IMG/VR virus record: IMGVR_UViG_3300030329_004647
Coordinates: 124,001 to 188,000 of that record
Reading direction: 5' to 3' (one strand)
DNA length: 64,000 bases
The position numbers and the translations under genes are program-made. Of the stretch, positions 29,928 to 39,774 are shown piece by piece (the first letter of the stretch is position 1; the number at the start of each line of letters is the position of its first letter). Below the pieces are notes generated by a model. The model was not told the DNA's origin. It did no database searches and worked only from the letters and a program-made list of their open reading frames with translations.

Positions 29928-30595
29928 GTTTTTATATAGTTTTTAGTTTCATCACTCATTTCATTAAAAGCTCTATCTTTAAATTTTAAAAGTGAAACTG
30001 AGGATTCAGGGTTCATATAGAATGTGTATTTTTCCCTAACTTGTTTGGACCAAACAACATCTTCGGATTCTCCCCACATTCTATTTTCATCTAAAGGAAA
30101 TTCTTTCATTATATGTTTTTTACATACCCAGTAAGCTCCTGAAATATACATCCACTTAGTAAACTCAGTAAAGTCATAAGGAAGAAGAAATTCTTTATTT
30201 TTCACACCTAAAGGTTCCACATCAAAAGCCCATAAAGTCCAATCTCTATATCGACTACCATCTCTATTTAAAATTTTAGTCATACAAACATCAAAATCGT
30301 TTCCAAATTTTAAAAAGCCATCATACCAATTCTTAGATAAAAATACATAATCGTGTAAGTAAACAATGTTATCAAACTTAGCTTCATTAGTGATGATATT
30401 CTTTTTTTTAGTAATCCACATTGGTCTTTGAGTCTCATCAAATGGAATAACCCGAGTATTTTCCGCTTTAACATTACTATTACCAACTACAATAATTTCA
30501 AAATTAGGGATATTTTGTGATAATATAGAATTTATAACTATTTCTACAAAATCATCCGAAGAACCGTTTGTTATTATTCCAAAAGTAAAATCCAT
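29918..30595 (-). CDS. GT2-like glycosyltransferase
   Basis: FTFGIIT, KKKN, VYLHDY, WGESEDVVWS. Confidence 0.65.
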   Translation of the reverse strand: MDFTFGIITNGSSDDFVEIVINSILSQNIPNFEIIVVGNSNVKAENTRVIPFDETQRPMWITKKKNIITNEAKFDNIVYLHDYVFLSKNWYDGFLKFGNDFDVCMTKILNRDGSRYRDWTLWAFDVEPLGVKNKEFLLPYDFTEFTKWMYISGAYWVCKKHIMKEFPLDENRMWGESEDVVWSKQVREKYTFYMNPESSVSLLKFKDRAFNEMSDETKNYIKTWI

Positions 30596-30597
30596 AA

Positions 30598-31410
30598 TTA
30601 AAAGTAGTTTGTGTAGTTTTTAAAAATCCAATCTTCAGCGAGAATAAATTCCTTTGATTTATCTAAATTATTCTTAATAGCTTCCATTCTATTAATATAA
30701 TCTTCTTCTGTTAAATTATCTAAAATATTTTTTAACTCTTCCACAGTTTCAAAAAATATTATTCCATTTTCGTCAAAAAAGTTTTTAACAGAGTGGGTTC
30801 CCCAATATATTGGTATGGTTCCAGTAGCGAAACAATCTATTATTTTTTCCGTAAAATAATCATCATACTTTATATTTTCTACTACTACTGAAAATCTGTA
30901 TTTAGACAACCCATCTATTTTGAACTCTAAATCATTAATTCCTCTTCCATAAACATCTATATTATTACCCATTTCTTTAATAATAGAATGCCTTAATTTG
31001 TGACCAGTAGTTGTTTGTTTATTTGAAGCTATGATAGAACATAGAGAAGACTTAGGCCATATTTTTATATCTTTATCGTCAATCCAACACCCAGCGTGAG
31101 GATACCATTTAAATTTTTCAGGGTCACTTTCTATTAGTTCTTGGGAATAGGTAAATATTACATCATATCTATCTTTGACAGTTTTAACCGACTCATACCC
31201 TCTTGGATTTATAGATGGAGGTTCTATCAACCAACCTATATTTTTTTTGTATGGTGAACTTAATACGTGTGTAATTAAGTAGTCAGTAAAAAAACAAATT
31301 TCGGATTCATAATCTTCCCTAATCCACTCAAAGTAAGAGGGTTTTCTTCCATGACAAGAAGATTCACCATGAGCGAAACACATGTCTTTTATTAGTATTT
31401 TTTTATTCAT
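30598..31410 (-). CDS. GT10-like glycosyltransferase
   Basis: YRFSVVVEN, YFTEKIIDCFATGTIPIYWG. Confidence 0.75.
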   Translation of the reverse strand: MNKKILIKDMCFAHGESSCHGRKPSYFEWIREDYESEICFFTDYLITHVLSSPYKKNIGWLIEPPSINPRGYESVKTVKDRYDVIFTYSQELIESDPEKFKWYPHAGCWIDDKDIKIWPKSSLCSIIASNKQTTTGHKLRHSIIKEMGNNIDVYGRGINDLEFKIDGLSKYRFSVVVENIKYDDYFTEKIIDCFATGTIPIYWGTHSVKNFFDENGIIFFETVEELKNILDNLTEEDYINRMEAIKNNLDKSKEFILAEDWIFKNYTNYF

Positions 31411-32204
31411 TTTAAAATAAATTTAATTTCTTGATGAGGACCATTAACGTCAGTAAAATCCATATTAACAAAATCTAGTCTTTTTCCATTAATATATTCC
31501 CTCACTAATTCTTTTTCACTGTAACTTATTTTTTTACCATAAGGATTGTTAAAAACGTCGTTAACTTTATTAACAGGAATACTAACCAACTTACTCTCTT
31601 CGAATGAATGCATAAATCTTTCACCAATTATAGGTAAAAAATGCTGTAAATTAGCTTCTAGTGTGTTGGGTGATGTAAAGGGACACCTTTCTAATATTTT
31701 TAGTATAAATTCTTTTTTAAATATATGGCCATCAACAGATAGTGGATAGGCAAAATCAACTTCATTTTCATCCCATCTCCATTTTAAAACACCATTGTTA
31801 TTACTTACATTTTTAGTTTCATAACTTTTAGAAGCGGGATGAGAATAGTTACAATTTAATCCTAGTCTTAGGGAAAAACAGGCTGCGTCATCATCTATAT
31901 TAATTTTATTAAACTGAAGTGTTTTAAAAATAACACTATCATCTGTCATGAAAGAAAATAACTTAAATTTTTGTTTTCTAACAAACGATAATACTTGATT
32001 GTAAAAATCCTCTTCTTCTATATTAAAATTAACATCTGGATGTTCTTTTATGAGTGTCTTGTACGCGGATTCATAATGAGGTGCTGTTGTTTTATATATA
32101 ATATTTATGTTAAAAAAATTGGGCATATTAAGATATATAGAGTTTAACAACCCATCTAATTGTAATGGTCTATTTTTAGAAAATATAACTAATTCACACC
32201 TCAT
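31407..32204 (-). CDS. GT-A-like putative glycosyltransferase
   Basis: IFSKNRPLQL, FMTDD, FSLRLG, YPLSVDGHIF. Confidence 0.5.
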   Translation of the reverse strand: MRCELVIFSKNRPLQLDGLLNSIYLNMPNFFNINIIYKTTAPHYESAYKTLIKEHPDVNFNIEEEDFYNQVLSFVRKQKFKLFSFMTDDSVIFKTLQFNKINIDDDAACFSLRLGLNCNYSHPASKSYETKNVSNNNGVLKWRWDENEVDFAYPLSVDGHIFKKEFILKILERCPFTSPNTLEANLQHFLPIIGERFMHSFEESKLVSIPVNKVNDVFNNPYGKKISYSEKELVREYINGKRLDFVNMDFTDVNGPHQEIKFILK

Positions 32205-32815
32205 TTTAATAAATTATCATAGTTTACAACTCTTCCTTGTATATCTGAATAACCTTCTCTTTGAAAAGCAATAGAGGGGTTAGTACAATATACATTAAAA
32301 CTTTTTTGAATCATTGTATAGTAGTTATCTACTTGTTTTTTATGTTTAGGTAATATGCTTTCTATTACGTCATACACCGTTGATTTTACAGCGACACAAT
32401 GAATCGCTACTGTATAGTGTAATTTTAATGTTGTCTCATTTATAACTTGGGGTGGTGAACCGTATCTATGATTACCACCAAAATAAATCATATCCCAATC
32501 ATCGGGAATGTTATTCATAAATTTATCTAAATTTTTTAATTCAGGCCCAAAAACCACATCATCCTCCAACATTAGATAATGGGGTAAATTATTTTCTTTA
32601 GCGTGACGCACTAAAGATAAGTTACTCTCCAATATACCTAATTCTCCTGGGAGTATAAATTTAGGTTTTTCTAACTTACTACCATCTACAGCTGAAAATC
32701 GTTCAACATCTTTTAATCCCACTCTATCAAACTCTGAACAAGCTTCTTCCCACCTATCCTTTCTTTGGTCCAAATTAATACAAAATATGTCTTTAAAATA
32801 TTTGTTAAAACTCAT
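32201..32815 (-). CDS. GT25 glycosyltransferase
   Basis: CINLDQRKDRW, RFSAVDG, GELG, MLEDD, DWDMIYFG, QREGYSDI. Confidence 0.85.
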   Translation of the reverse strand: MSFNKYFKDIFCINLDQRKDRWEEACSEFDRVGLKDVERFSAVDGSKLEKPKFILPGELGILESNLSLVRHAKENNLPHYLMLEDDVVFGPELKNLDKFMNNIPDDWDMIYFGGNHRYGSPPQVINETTLKLHYTVAIHCVAVKSTVYDVIESILPKHKKQVDNYYTMIQKSFNVYCTNPSIAFQREGYSDIQGRVVNYDNLLK

Positions 32816-34464
32816 AATAGTTCTTCGTATGTTTTTATAATTTCATTTATTGTGTATGTCGAACGGAATTTTTCCATATCTCCAGGTACCTCATTATATG
32901 TTATATCTAGAATATTACCACTTTCATCGACATTGTAAATCCATCCTGGTCTATTACATAGCCAACCCTCGATAGTTGTTCTACCTAATAATATACCAGC
33001 CGTCTCATGACACTCCTTTATATAGTTTTCTACAGACCAAGTAGGTTCAAAATATTTAACATGTGGTTCATTAATTTTATCTAAATAGTCCGCTCTCTTT
33101 TTACCCACAATCCATAATTCTTTATTGTCAGATTTAGTTTTCTCAATTAAATCTTCTATAGTCAATTGTCTTAACCAATCTATAGTACCCACGAATAAAA
33201 TTCTAGGCTTTATATTTTTTTGTAATGGATAGTGTTTAAATCTTGTTTCATCAAAAGGATTATAAATGGTAACCGTTTTATCCTCTGAGATGTTAAACCT
33301 ATCTTCGATATATTTTTTAATTTCAGGACGAATACATATATATTTTTTAATTCTTTCATCTAATACCGGTTGTTCTAATTCTAAAACTTCAGAATGTATG
33401 GTACAGAGTATAGATGATGCTTGGGGATATAGATTTAACATTCCTTCTGTTATTGGTTTGTGATGTAAGTGAAGAACGTCAAACTTAACATCTTTTACTT
33501 TATAAAGCTGTCCCTCTACTGTTTGTATTTGTCCTTGAGCTGTGTTAAGCACTGTTTTACCATCTCCTTTAAAAAATCCTGGAGGTTCATTTATAGACCA
33601 TAATGTTACACCATAGGTTTTTATTTTTTTAGATATACTACCTCCTATATTTGAACAGATGTGTACGTCATGTCCCTCTTGAGCTAAACCTTTAGCTAGC
33701 TCGTAAACATGTAACTCAGAACCCGTATAATCGTTAAAATTTAAACAAGCTATTAATATCTTTAGTTTTTCACCTTTCCATAATTTACGATTCATAAAAA
33801 CAGGTAAATTGGTAGAATACTTCTCAACGAACAATTGTCTAGCCTCTTCCCATTTATCATTAGTAGCACCAATTGAAAGGTGTGTAATTTTAATATTAGA
33901 GTGTACCCCTATTTTAACACCATCCATATAATTAGGAAAACAAAACCCCACATCATAAAAGTGAAAATTGGTAAAACTCTCATCAAACTTATGTTTTATA
34001 CTATTTTTTTTAATAGAGAAAAATAATCCGTCTACTAATACAACGTCATCAATTCTATTTCCTATATCTTTAGAATATCTACTTAACCATCTTTTACCTT
34101 CATGTTCGTGATAAACAGCACCATGCATTTTTGAAAAGTCATCCCACCATCGTCCACTAGAAGGCATATATCTCGTTCCCGCTACACCTAAAATTCCATA
34201 GTCTTTATTTTTTTTATGATGATTTAAAACCCTTCTACCCCAATTACGAGTATCAAACTTTATGTCGTCATGACAAAATACCACAATATCGTTTGTGGCT
34301 TTAGAAAGTCCGATGTTAAAAGCTTCAGATAATGAATATTTGCCATCGTTTTCTATAGGAATAACTTCTACCTTGTGTACACCACAAGTTGATTTTATTA
34401 GTTCTACAAAGTAGGGGTCTACTTTTTTTGTAGAAAACACTACTGATAAATTTTTAAAGTTCAT
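32812..34464 (-). CDS. Bifunctional glycosyltransferase (GT-A Glyco_tranf_2_5-like + GT-B)
   Basis: N-terminal FCHDDI, GVAG, VDGLF, FHFYD; C-terminal TGSELHVYELAKGL, IYNPFD, GRTTIEGW. Confidence 0.75.
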   Translation of the reverse strand: MNFKNLSVVFSTKKVDPYFVELIKSTCGVHKVEVIPIENDGKYSLSEAFNIGLSKATNDIVVFCHDDIKFDTRNWGRRVLNHHKKNKDYGILGVAGTRYMPSSGRWWDDFSKMHGAVYHEHEGKRWLSRYSKDIGNRIDDVVLVDGLFFSIKKNSIKHKFDESFTNFHFYDVGFCFPNYMDGVKIGVHSNIKITHLSIGATNDKWEEARQLFVEKYSTNLPVFMNRKLWKGEKLKILIACLNFNDYTGSELHVYELAKGLAQEGHDVHICSNIGGSISKKIKTYGVTLWSINEPPGFFKGDGKTVLNTAQGQIQTVEGQLYKVKDVKFDVLHLHHKPITEGMLNLYPQASSILCTIHSEVLELEQPVLDERIKKYICIRPEIKKYIEDRFNISEDKTVTIYNPFDETRFKHYPLQKNIKPRILFVGTIDWLRQLTIEDLIEKTKSDNKELWIVGKKRADYLDKINEPHVKYFEPTWSVENYIKECHETAGILLGRTTIEGWLCNRPGWIYNVDESGNILDITYNEVPGDMEKFRSTYTINEIIKTYEELL

Positions 34465-35449
34465 ATTTTTTTATATAGTATTTTATAGTTTCGTTAATAC
34501 TGTCCTCAAAAGAGTAAACAGGCCACCAACCTAAATCCGTTGTAATTTTATCATGATTAATTGAGTATCTAAAATCATGCCCCGCTCTATCCTTTACAAA
34601 ACTTATTAAATTTTGGGAGTCAACATTACCCGTGAGTTCATCGAAATTTTTACACATAAAAGTGATTAAATCTATGTTCGATAGTTCCATGTCACCCCCT
34701 ATATTATATTTTTGTCCTGAAGTTCCATTATGAAAGACACTATCTAATGCTCTACAATGGTCATCCACATACAACCAATCTCTTATATTTTTACCATCAC
34801 CATAAACAGGTATTTCTGTTCTATTATAAAGATTTTTTATAACGGTTGGTATTAGTTTTTCTTCATGTTGTCTAGGACCAAAATTATTAGAACAATTAGT
34901 CATAACAACATCCAAACCAAAAGTATGAAAATATGATAGTACAAAGTGGTCAGATGACGCTTTAGACGCGGAATAAGGTGACCTAGGAAGGTATAATGAG
35001 TTTTCATGTGAAGATGGTGAATCCATGTCTAATGACCCATAAACCTCATCAGTAGAAATATGTAAAAATCTTTTAGTTTTATATTTTAAAGCTAAGTTTA
35101 ATAAATTTAATGTCCCTATAACATTAGTTTCCGCGAATATAGTAGGATTTTCAATAGAATTGTCTACATGACTTTCAGCTGCTAGATGAAAAATTCCATG
35201 AGGATTAAACTCTTTGAAGATTTCCTCAAGTTTACTTTTATCCCTAATATCACATTTTACAAAATGGTAATTAGGATGATTCTCAACATCATTTAAATTA
35301 TTTAAATCAGCAGCATAAGTTATAGAATCTACATTTACGATTAAATAATCTTTATACTTTTCAAGAAGGTGAATTATTAAATTAGAACCGATGAATCCCA
35401 ATCCTCCAGTCACTAATATAATCTTATTATTATTTAATGGTATTAACAT
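34454..35449 (-). CDS. rmlB: dTDP-glucose 4,6-dehydratase
   Basis: TGGLGFIGSN, HLAAESHVDNSI, STDEVYG, PYSASKA, NNFGPRQHEEKLIP, DRAGHDFRY. Confidence 0.93.
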   Translation of the reverse strand: MLIPLNNNKIILVTGGLGFIGSNLIIHLLEKYKDYLIVNVDSITYAADLNNLNDVENHPNYHFVKCDIRDKSKLEEIFKEFNPHGIFHLAAESHVDNSIENPTIFAETNVIGTLNLLNLALKYKTKRFLHISTDEVYGSLDMDSPSSHENSLYLPRSPYSASKASSDHFVLSYFHTFGLDVVMTNCSNNFGPRQHEEKLIPTVIKNLYNRTEIPVYGDGKNIRDWLYVDDHCRALDSVFHNGTSGQKYNIGGDMELSNIDLITFMCKNFDELTGNVDSQNLISFVKDRAGHDFRYSINHDKITTDLGWWPVYSFEDSINETIKYYIKKYEL

Positions 35450-35452
35450 AAA

Positions 35453-36088
35453 TTATAGTTTACCTGTGGAACCAAATCCTTTATCACTCCTAGATGTTCC
35501 ATCCAAATTATCTACTTTACGTAAATTAATCCATCTAGGACTAAGAACATAATTTATCACCGCTTGTGCAATTCTTTCACCAGGTTTTAAAGTGTACTCC
35601 TCATTAGATAAGTTTATTAAAATTACTTTTATCTCACCTCTATATCCATTATCTACAGTTCCTGGTGTATTTAAAACACTTATTCCATGTTTAAGGGTTA
35701 AACCACTTCTGGGTCTTACTTGTATTTCATAATCTTGGGGTAACTGGAAAAAAACCCCAGTAGGTACTAAAGTTCTTTCCATAGGACCAAGAGTTAATGG
35801 AGACTCTATATTTGCTCGTAAATCCATTCCACTATCAGTATCATATTGATAGTGAGGGTCATCAAAAGTTGATGTATTAACAAATTTTATATCAAATTTT
35901 TGTTGTACTCCAGACGAAAAATCCTTAGTTAAATTATCTATAGATTCTGTATCTAAACCAAATTGAGCTCCAATCTCAGCAACTGTAGGAACTTCTTCTG
36001 ATGATTCTTCAGAATACCCTTTTAATTTTTCTAATGTAGATTTTAAGGATTTATTTTGGAATAAATTTTCTGGTGTTAGTTTTTTCAT
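35453..36088 (-). CDS. dut: dUTPase (trimeric) with N-terminal extension
   Basis: SGMDL, QVRPRSGL, PGTVDNGYRGEI, ERIAQ, RSDKGFGSTG. Confidence 0.93.
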   Translation of the reverse strand: MKKLTPENLFQNKSLKSTLEKLKGYSEESSEEVPTVAEIGAQFGLDTESIDNLTKDFSSGVQQKFDIKFVNTSTFDDPHYQYDTDSGMDLRANIESPLTLGPMERTLVPTGVFFQLPQDYEIQVRPRSGLTLKHGISVLNTPGTVDNGYRGEIKVILINLSNEEYTLKPGERIAQAVINYVLSPRWINLRKVDNLDGTSRSDKGFGSTGKL

Positions 36089-36786
36089 TATAAAGTTTTA
36101 ATTTTTTGTATTAATTTTATTGTGGATTTTACATCCTCTTCACAATAATTTTTTATTTTATCCTTATCACTATTATTATAGTAATAATTGTGCATATTTG
36201 AACCATTAACCTCATTATCTTTTGGATTGTCTATTCCCATGGTTGCACATATTAATTCTAAAGAAGACAACCCTTTAAATGAATTAAAATTCCAAACCTC
36301 CTTGGTGTCTAAAACTTTTGACTCCCAAGGTTTGATTTTATAATTAGGAATAATATTAGGGACTTTTATGTTATTAATTAACATTCTTTTAGCGATATAC
36401 GGTAAATCAAAATTTTTAATATTATGACCACAAATATTAAAATTTAAATTATCTACTCTGTCAAAAAGAGAGGATGTTTTTTGTAATATATCTTTCTCAT
36501 TACCCATAAAAGTATCTAATTTAATTTCACCATCTGCCATTAAAAAACCAACAGACACACATACTATCTTCCCAAACTCAGGAATTAAAGCTGCTCTTTT
36601 TGTGAATAATTGATTACTAGATAAATTAGAATCTTCAGGATAACGTCTTTTAAAGTAATCTACGCCTGTAGACTCCCACACTTTAAAGAGATGGGGATAT
36701 TCAGAATGTAAAGAATCTAAATCCTCCTCAATTCCTACCGTCTCTATATCAATAAATAAAAGTTTTGTTATGTCTTCTTTAATCAT
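36088..36786 (-). CDS. PolB-related DEDD 3'-5' exonuclease
   Basis: FIDIETV, FGKIVCVS, GHNIKNFDLPY, YCEEDV; start refined to MIKED. Confidence 0.8.
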   Translation of the reverse strand: MIKEDITKLLFIDIETVGIEEDLDSLHSEYPHLFKVWESTGVDYFKRRYPEDSNLSSNQLFTKRAALIPEFGKIVCVSVGFLMADGEIKLDTFMGNEKDILQKTSSLFDRVDNLNFNICGHNIKNFDLPYIAKRMLINNIKVPNIIPNYKIKPWESKVLDTKEVWNFNSFKGLSSLELICATMGIDNPKDNEVNGSNMHNYYYNNSDKDKIKNYCEEDVKSTIKLIQKIKTL

Positions 36787-36794
36787 TTTTATTT

Positions 36795-36833
36795 TAAAGA
36801 TAAAAAAAATCGACCTATAATCCAAGTCGATTT
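36795..36833 (-). promoter_or_regulatory. TTG-N20-TATCTTTA promoter overlapping an intrinsic terminator hairpin
   Basis: Minus-strand TTG 36825-36823, TATCTTTA 36802-36795; inverted repeat AAATCGAC (36807-36814)/GTCGATTT (36826-36833) with minus-strand U-tract. Confidence 0.55.
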
Positions 36834-36857
36834 AATTTTTTTATCATTTAAAATTGA

Positions 36858-37085
36858 TTAATAATATTTAGGAGTCAATTTAGGGTGTAAAATATCTTCA
36901 TAAGGTGCTTTTACTAAAGAAACTATTTCTGAATCTCTAGCATCTTCACTTAGATACTTACTTAATCTTTGAGTTGCTTCATACACAGACTCGGATTCTA
37001 CCACATATTTAAATTTTTTGACCTTTGGATTTCCCTGGTTGTCAATTACACCAGTTTCAAATGCTACGATTGCTTGATAGTACAT
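36858..37085 (-). CDS. DUF4494-like small protein (Bacteroidota-associated)
   Basis: YYQAIVAFE...GNPKVKKFKYVVESESVYEA...EIVSL resembles DUF4494. Confidence 0.5.
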   Translation of the reverse strand: MYYQAIVAFETGVIDNQGNPKVKKFKYVVESESVYEATQRLSKYLSEDARDSEIVSLVKAPYEDILHPKLTPKYY

Positions 37086-37089
37086 ATTT

Positions 37090-38322
37090 TTACGCTTTTT
37101 TAATTAATTCTTTATATATCTGTGCTCTAGTTTTACACACATTATCCATATGGTATTTTTGCACATCCTCATAGAGTTTTTCACCCAAGTCCTTTACCAT
37201 GTTAGGGTTATCTATAAGTCTTTTTATGTGTTGATACCACTGTTTGTGATTTTTTCTAGTTTCTACCATGAGACAATTTCCTTTAGAATTTAGTTTACCA
37301 CCATATTCTACTGCATTAACACAATCTATTTGGTAAGGACCGTAGTCTTGTGCAATTAATGCCTTTTTATGAAAACCAGCTTCAATAACTTTTAATTGTG
37401 ATTTTACATAGTTAAAGACATGTTCTTTAATAGGTGCTAGTGATACATCAAATAAGTTATAGTTAGAAGCATAAGTAGTAATAGGTTTAGTCCATACTCT
37501 TCTATATGGTAACTCTTCTTCCCCTTTATACTTACCTTTTTTAAATGACTGTAACCAATCACCATATTCTTTTGATACTATTTTATAATTCTCAGTAAAT
37601 ATCTTTTCGTAAGTATACCAAATAGACTCATGAGGCTCTATATCTCTAGTGGTTTGTTGTCCTGTTTGTTGGTTCATTTCCGTAATTTTACCTCTAAGGT
37701 CATAACCACACAATACAAATTGAAATTTTCCAGTACAACTTGTACTTAATCTTCCAGGCATCCCACTTAGAATTTCTAAATCTTTTAAGTGAGAAGAACC
37801 ACCTAACCAACCTATTCTAACCACATCAGAATCTACTGGTTTAGGTTGAAACTGTCGTTCATTAGGGTTTACAGCGTTAGGTAAAATAAAAATTTCACCA
37901 CCGAAAGTCTTCATTTCATTAGCATAAATTTGTGTTGTAGTACTAATATACTCTGTTTCTTTAAGGTGAGCTTTAATATTTTTATCTAATTGGTGCTGCT
38001 TAACTATCGCGTGTGCTGGATGGTCTATAGTAGGTAACCAATAGTCGTCTATATCCATAATAGCTGGTATACCTAACTTTTTTATTTTCTTTAACGCTTT
38101 TAACGAAACTTCATGATTAGGGCTTAAATGTCTATGAAAATGAATTAAATCATATCCTGTTAAATAACTTTCATCATCTAATTTAGGTTCATAATCAACA
38201 TCAACCCAGAAATCTTCGGGATATAATTCTTGTAAACGTATATGAGGGTCTACTGACCTAAACTTACTAACCCCAGTTCTATCACTAGGTATAACTAAAA
38301 TTTTGTATTTCGAATTGTCCAT
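37090..38322 (-). CDS. GT-B glycosyltransferase
   Basis: GVSKFRS, DIDDYW, LPNA, RIGWLGGSSH, LAPI...FNYVKSQLKVIEAG. Confidence 0.78.
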   Translation of the reverse strand: MDNSKYKILVIPSDRTGVSKFRSVDPHIRLQELYPEDFWVDVDYEPKLDDESYLTGYDLIHFHRHLSPNHEVSLKALKKIKKLGIPAIMDIDDYWLPTIDHPAHAIVKQHQLDKNIKAHLKETEYISTTTQIYANEMKTFGGEIFILPNAVNPNERQFQPKPVDSDVVRIGWLGGSSHLKDLEILSGMPGRLSTSCTGKFQFVLCGYDLRGKITEMNQQTGQQTTRDIEPHESIWYTYEKIFTENYKIVSKEYGDWLQSFKKGKYKGEEELPYRRVWTKPITTYASNYNLFDVSLAPIKEHVFNYVKSQLKVIEAGFHKKALIAQDYGPYQIDCVNAVEYGGKLNSKGNCLMVETRKNHKQWYQHIKRLIDNPNMVKDLGEKLYEDVQKYHMDNVCKTRAQIYKELIKKA

Positions 38323-38327
38323 ATGAA

Positions 38328-38356
38328 ATTATAAAAGACTAAATCGAATATGTCAA
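38328..38356 (-). promoter_or_regulatory. Perfect TTGACA-N17-TATAAT promoter
   Basis: + strand tgtcaa 38351-38356 and attata 38328-38333; ATG at 38322. Confidence 0.7.
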
Positions 38357-38367
38357 TTAGTGTGGGA

Positions 38368-38994
38368 TTAAAATTTTTCAGAAGAGGTTATTTTTCCGTA
38401 AAAAACTGTATCACCTACTTTAACTTGAAGATTTTCATCCATAGGACTTCTCATGGTTAGTCTTTCTTCTATTCTTTCATCTATAACTTCATCTATTACT
38501 TCACTAATAGATTCTTTTATGATGTTTTTTAAAGTAGATTTGTTTAATTTAACATTTTTGGTTGGTGTGGCATTAGGTTTAGACTCTACTATTCTTTGTG
38601 GTTGAGGAGATGAATTATTACCCGTATTCACATACTTATCCATTTTTTCTTTAATACCATCAGTAAACGAAGCAGGTAACTCATTACCCATTTGTATATC
38701 TGGTATAGGATGTTCAATCATTAATTTTTTAATGTCTTCTGGTAATCTAGAACCTTTTATTTTATCCTCAGTAATGCCTGCTTTAGGCTTCATATTCATC
38801 CCTGAATCTTTTCCTTTTATAAAATTTTGAGTTAAACTCGGTGGTTTTTTTTCTGAAAAAGAAGGCATTGACGACATGGAATTTGACTGTGTAAATGAAG
38901 CGTTTGAGATTGGTTGCATTTTGTCACCCTCAACCTTATTCATTACGTGTTTTGCTTTTAATAGTTTTTCCTGTAAAGTGGTAAAATCTGTCAT
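38368..38994 (-). CDS. Hypothetical protein (possible head-associated)
   Basis: 208 aa; LNKSTLKNIIKESISE motif. Confidence 0.5.
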   Translation of the reverse strand: MTDFTTLQEKLLKAKHVMNKVEGDKMQPISNASFTQSNSMSSMPSFSEKKPPSLTQNFIKGKDSGMNMKPKAGITEDKIKGSRLPEDIKKLMIEHPIPDIQMGNELPASFTDGIKEKMDKYVNTGNNSSPQPQRIVESKPNATPTKNVKLNKSTLKNIIKESISEVIDEVIDERIEERLTMRSPMDENLQVKVGDTVFYGKITSSEKF

Positions 38995-38996
38995 AT

Positions 38997-39389
38997 TTAA
39001 AATTTAGCGTTTAAAAGTACTCTATTCATCGATTTATCTCCAAAAGGGTTGTATAACGGGGGCTTAGAAAAATCCTCAAAAGCACCATCAACCATTTTAG
39101 GTTTAAAACTTTTTATTCTATCTAATCTAAACAACCTCCAATCAGGTAAAGGAATTCCTTCTTCATTCACCTTAAGTGAAGGTCCTTCGGTTTGATACGC
39201 TCTTAAAACTTTATTATTTCTTTTAGAAAGTCCTAAAGCTACTGGTTCTATGGTTCTTTTACCTGGACCCAGTTTAGAGTCGTCTTCATAACCTAGTTCA
39301 CAAACATGTTTATTTCTAATCGCGTCAGAAATTTCTGCTTGAGAAGCTTGCTCAAGAATAATATTTTTAAATATATTGTAAAGAGTCAT
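38997..39389 (-). CDS. Standalone WYL-domain protein
   Basis: Y...KRTIEPVALG...LRAYQ...WRLFRLDRI. Confidence 0.7.
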   Translation of the reverse strand: MTLYNIFKNIILEQASQAEISDAIRNKHVCELGYEDDSKLGPGKRTIEPVALGLSKRNNKVLRAYQTEGPSLKVNEEGIPLPDWRLFRLDRIKSFKPKMVDGAFEDFSKPPLYNPFGDKSMNRVLLNAKF

Positions 39390-39399
39390 TTTTTTAATA

Positions 39400-39768
39400 T
39401 TAAGGACTCAAATCACCTAAAGTAACACTACCATTACTTTTAGCTAAATTACCCGCGGAATATTCGTTATCTCTAGAATATGTGTTCTTTGTTAGATTTC
39501 CTATTCTTCCACTACCAGGTTCTCCATTACCCAAAATATCTAAACTTCCACCAGTATTATCACTATCATAAACATTTAGATACTGTGCATTACCCTTACC
39601 TTTAGGGTCACCGTCAGAAACAGCGTTAGGGTGATTAGCACTATAAGTTTGAGCACCCCCATTTTGACCATTATAGAGATTTCTACTTATTAGTTTATTT
39701 CTCTCTAATTCTGCCAATTCGGAAAGAGCTTCCCCAGCTTTAGATTTGTTTAAATTTGCATCAGCCAT
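39400..39768 (-). CDS. Gly/Asn-rich hypothetical (probable virion) protein
   Basis: 122 aa in late-type operon. Confidence 0.5.
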   Translation of the reverse strand: MADANLNKSKAGEALSELAELERNKLISRNLYNGQNGGAQTYSANHPNAVSDGDPKGKGNAQYLNVYDSDNTGGSLDILGNGEPGSGRIGNLTKNTYSRDNEYSAGNLAKSNGSVTLGDLSP

Positions 39769-39774
39769 TTTTTA

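Noticed and set aside
13271-35449. Bacterial O-antigen/capsule locus (host contamination or chimeric assembly)
   Set aside because: Genes are translationally coupled to phage-type genes on both sides, share the same composition and apparent GATC avoidance, and lack wzx/wzy/wzz.
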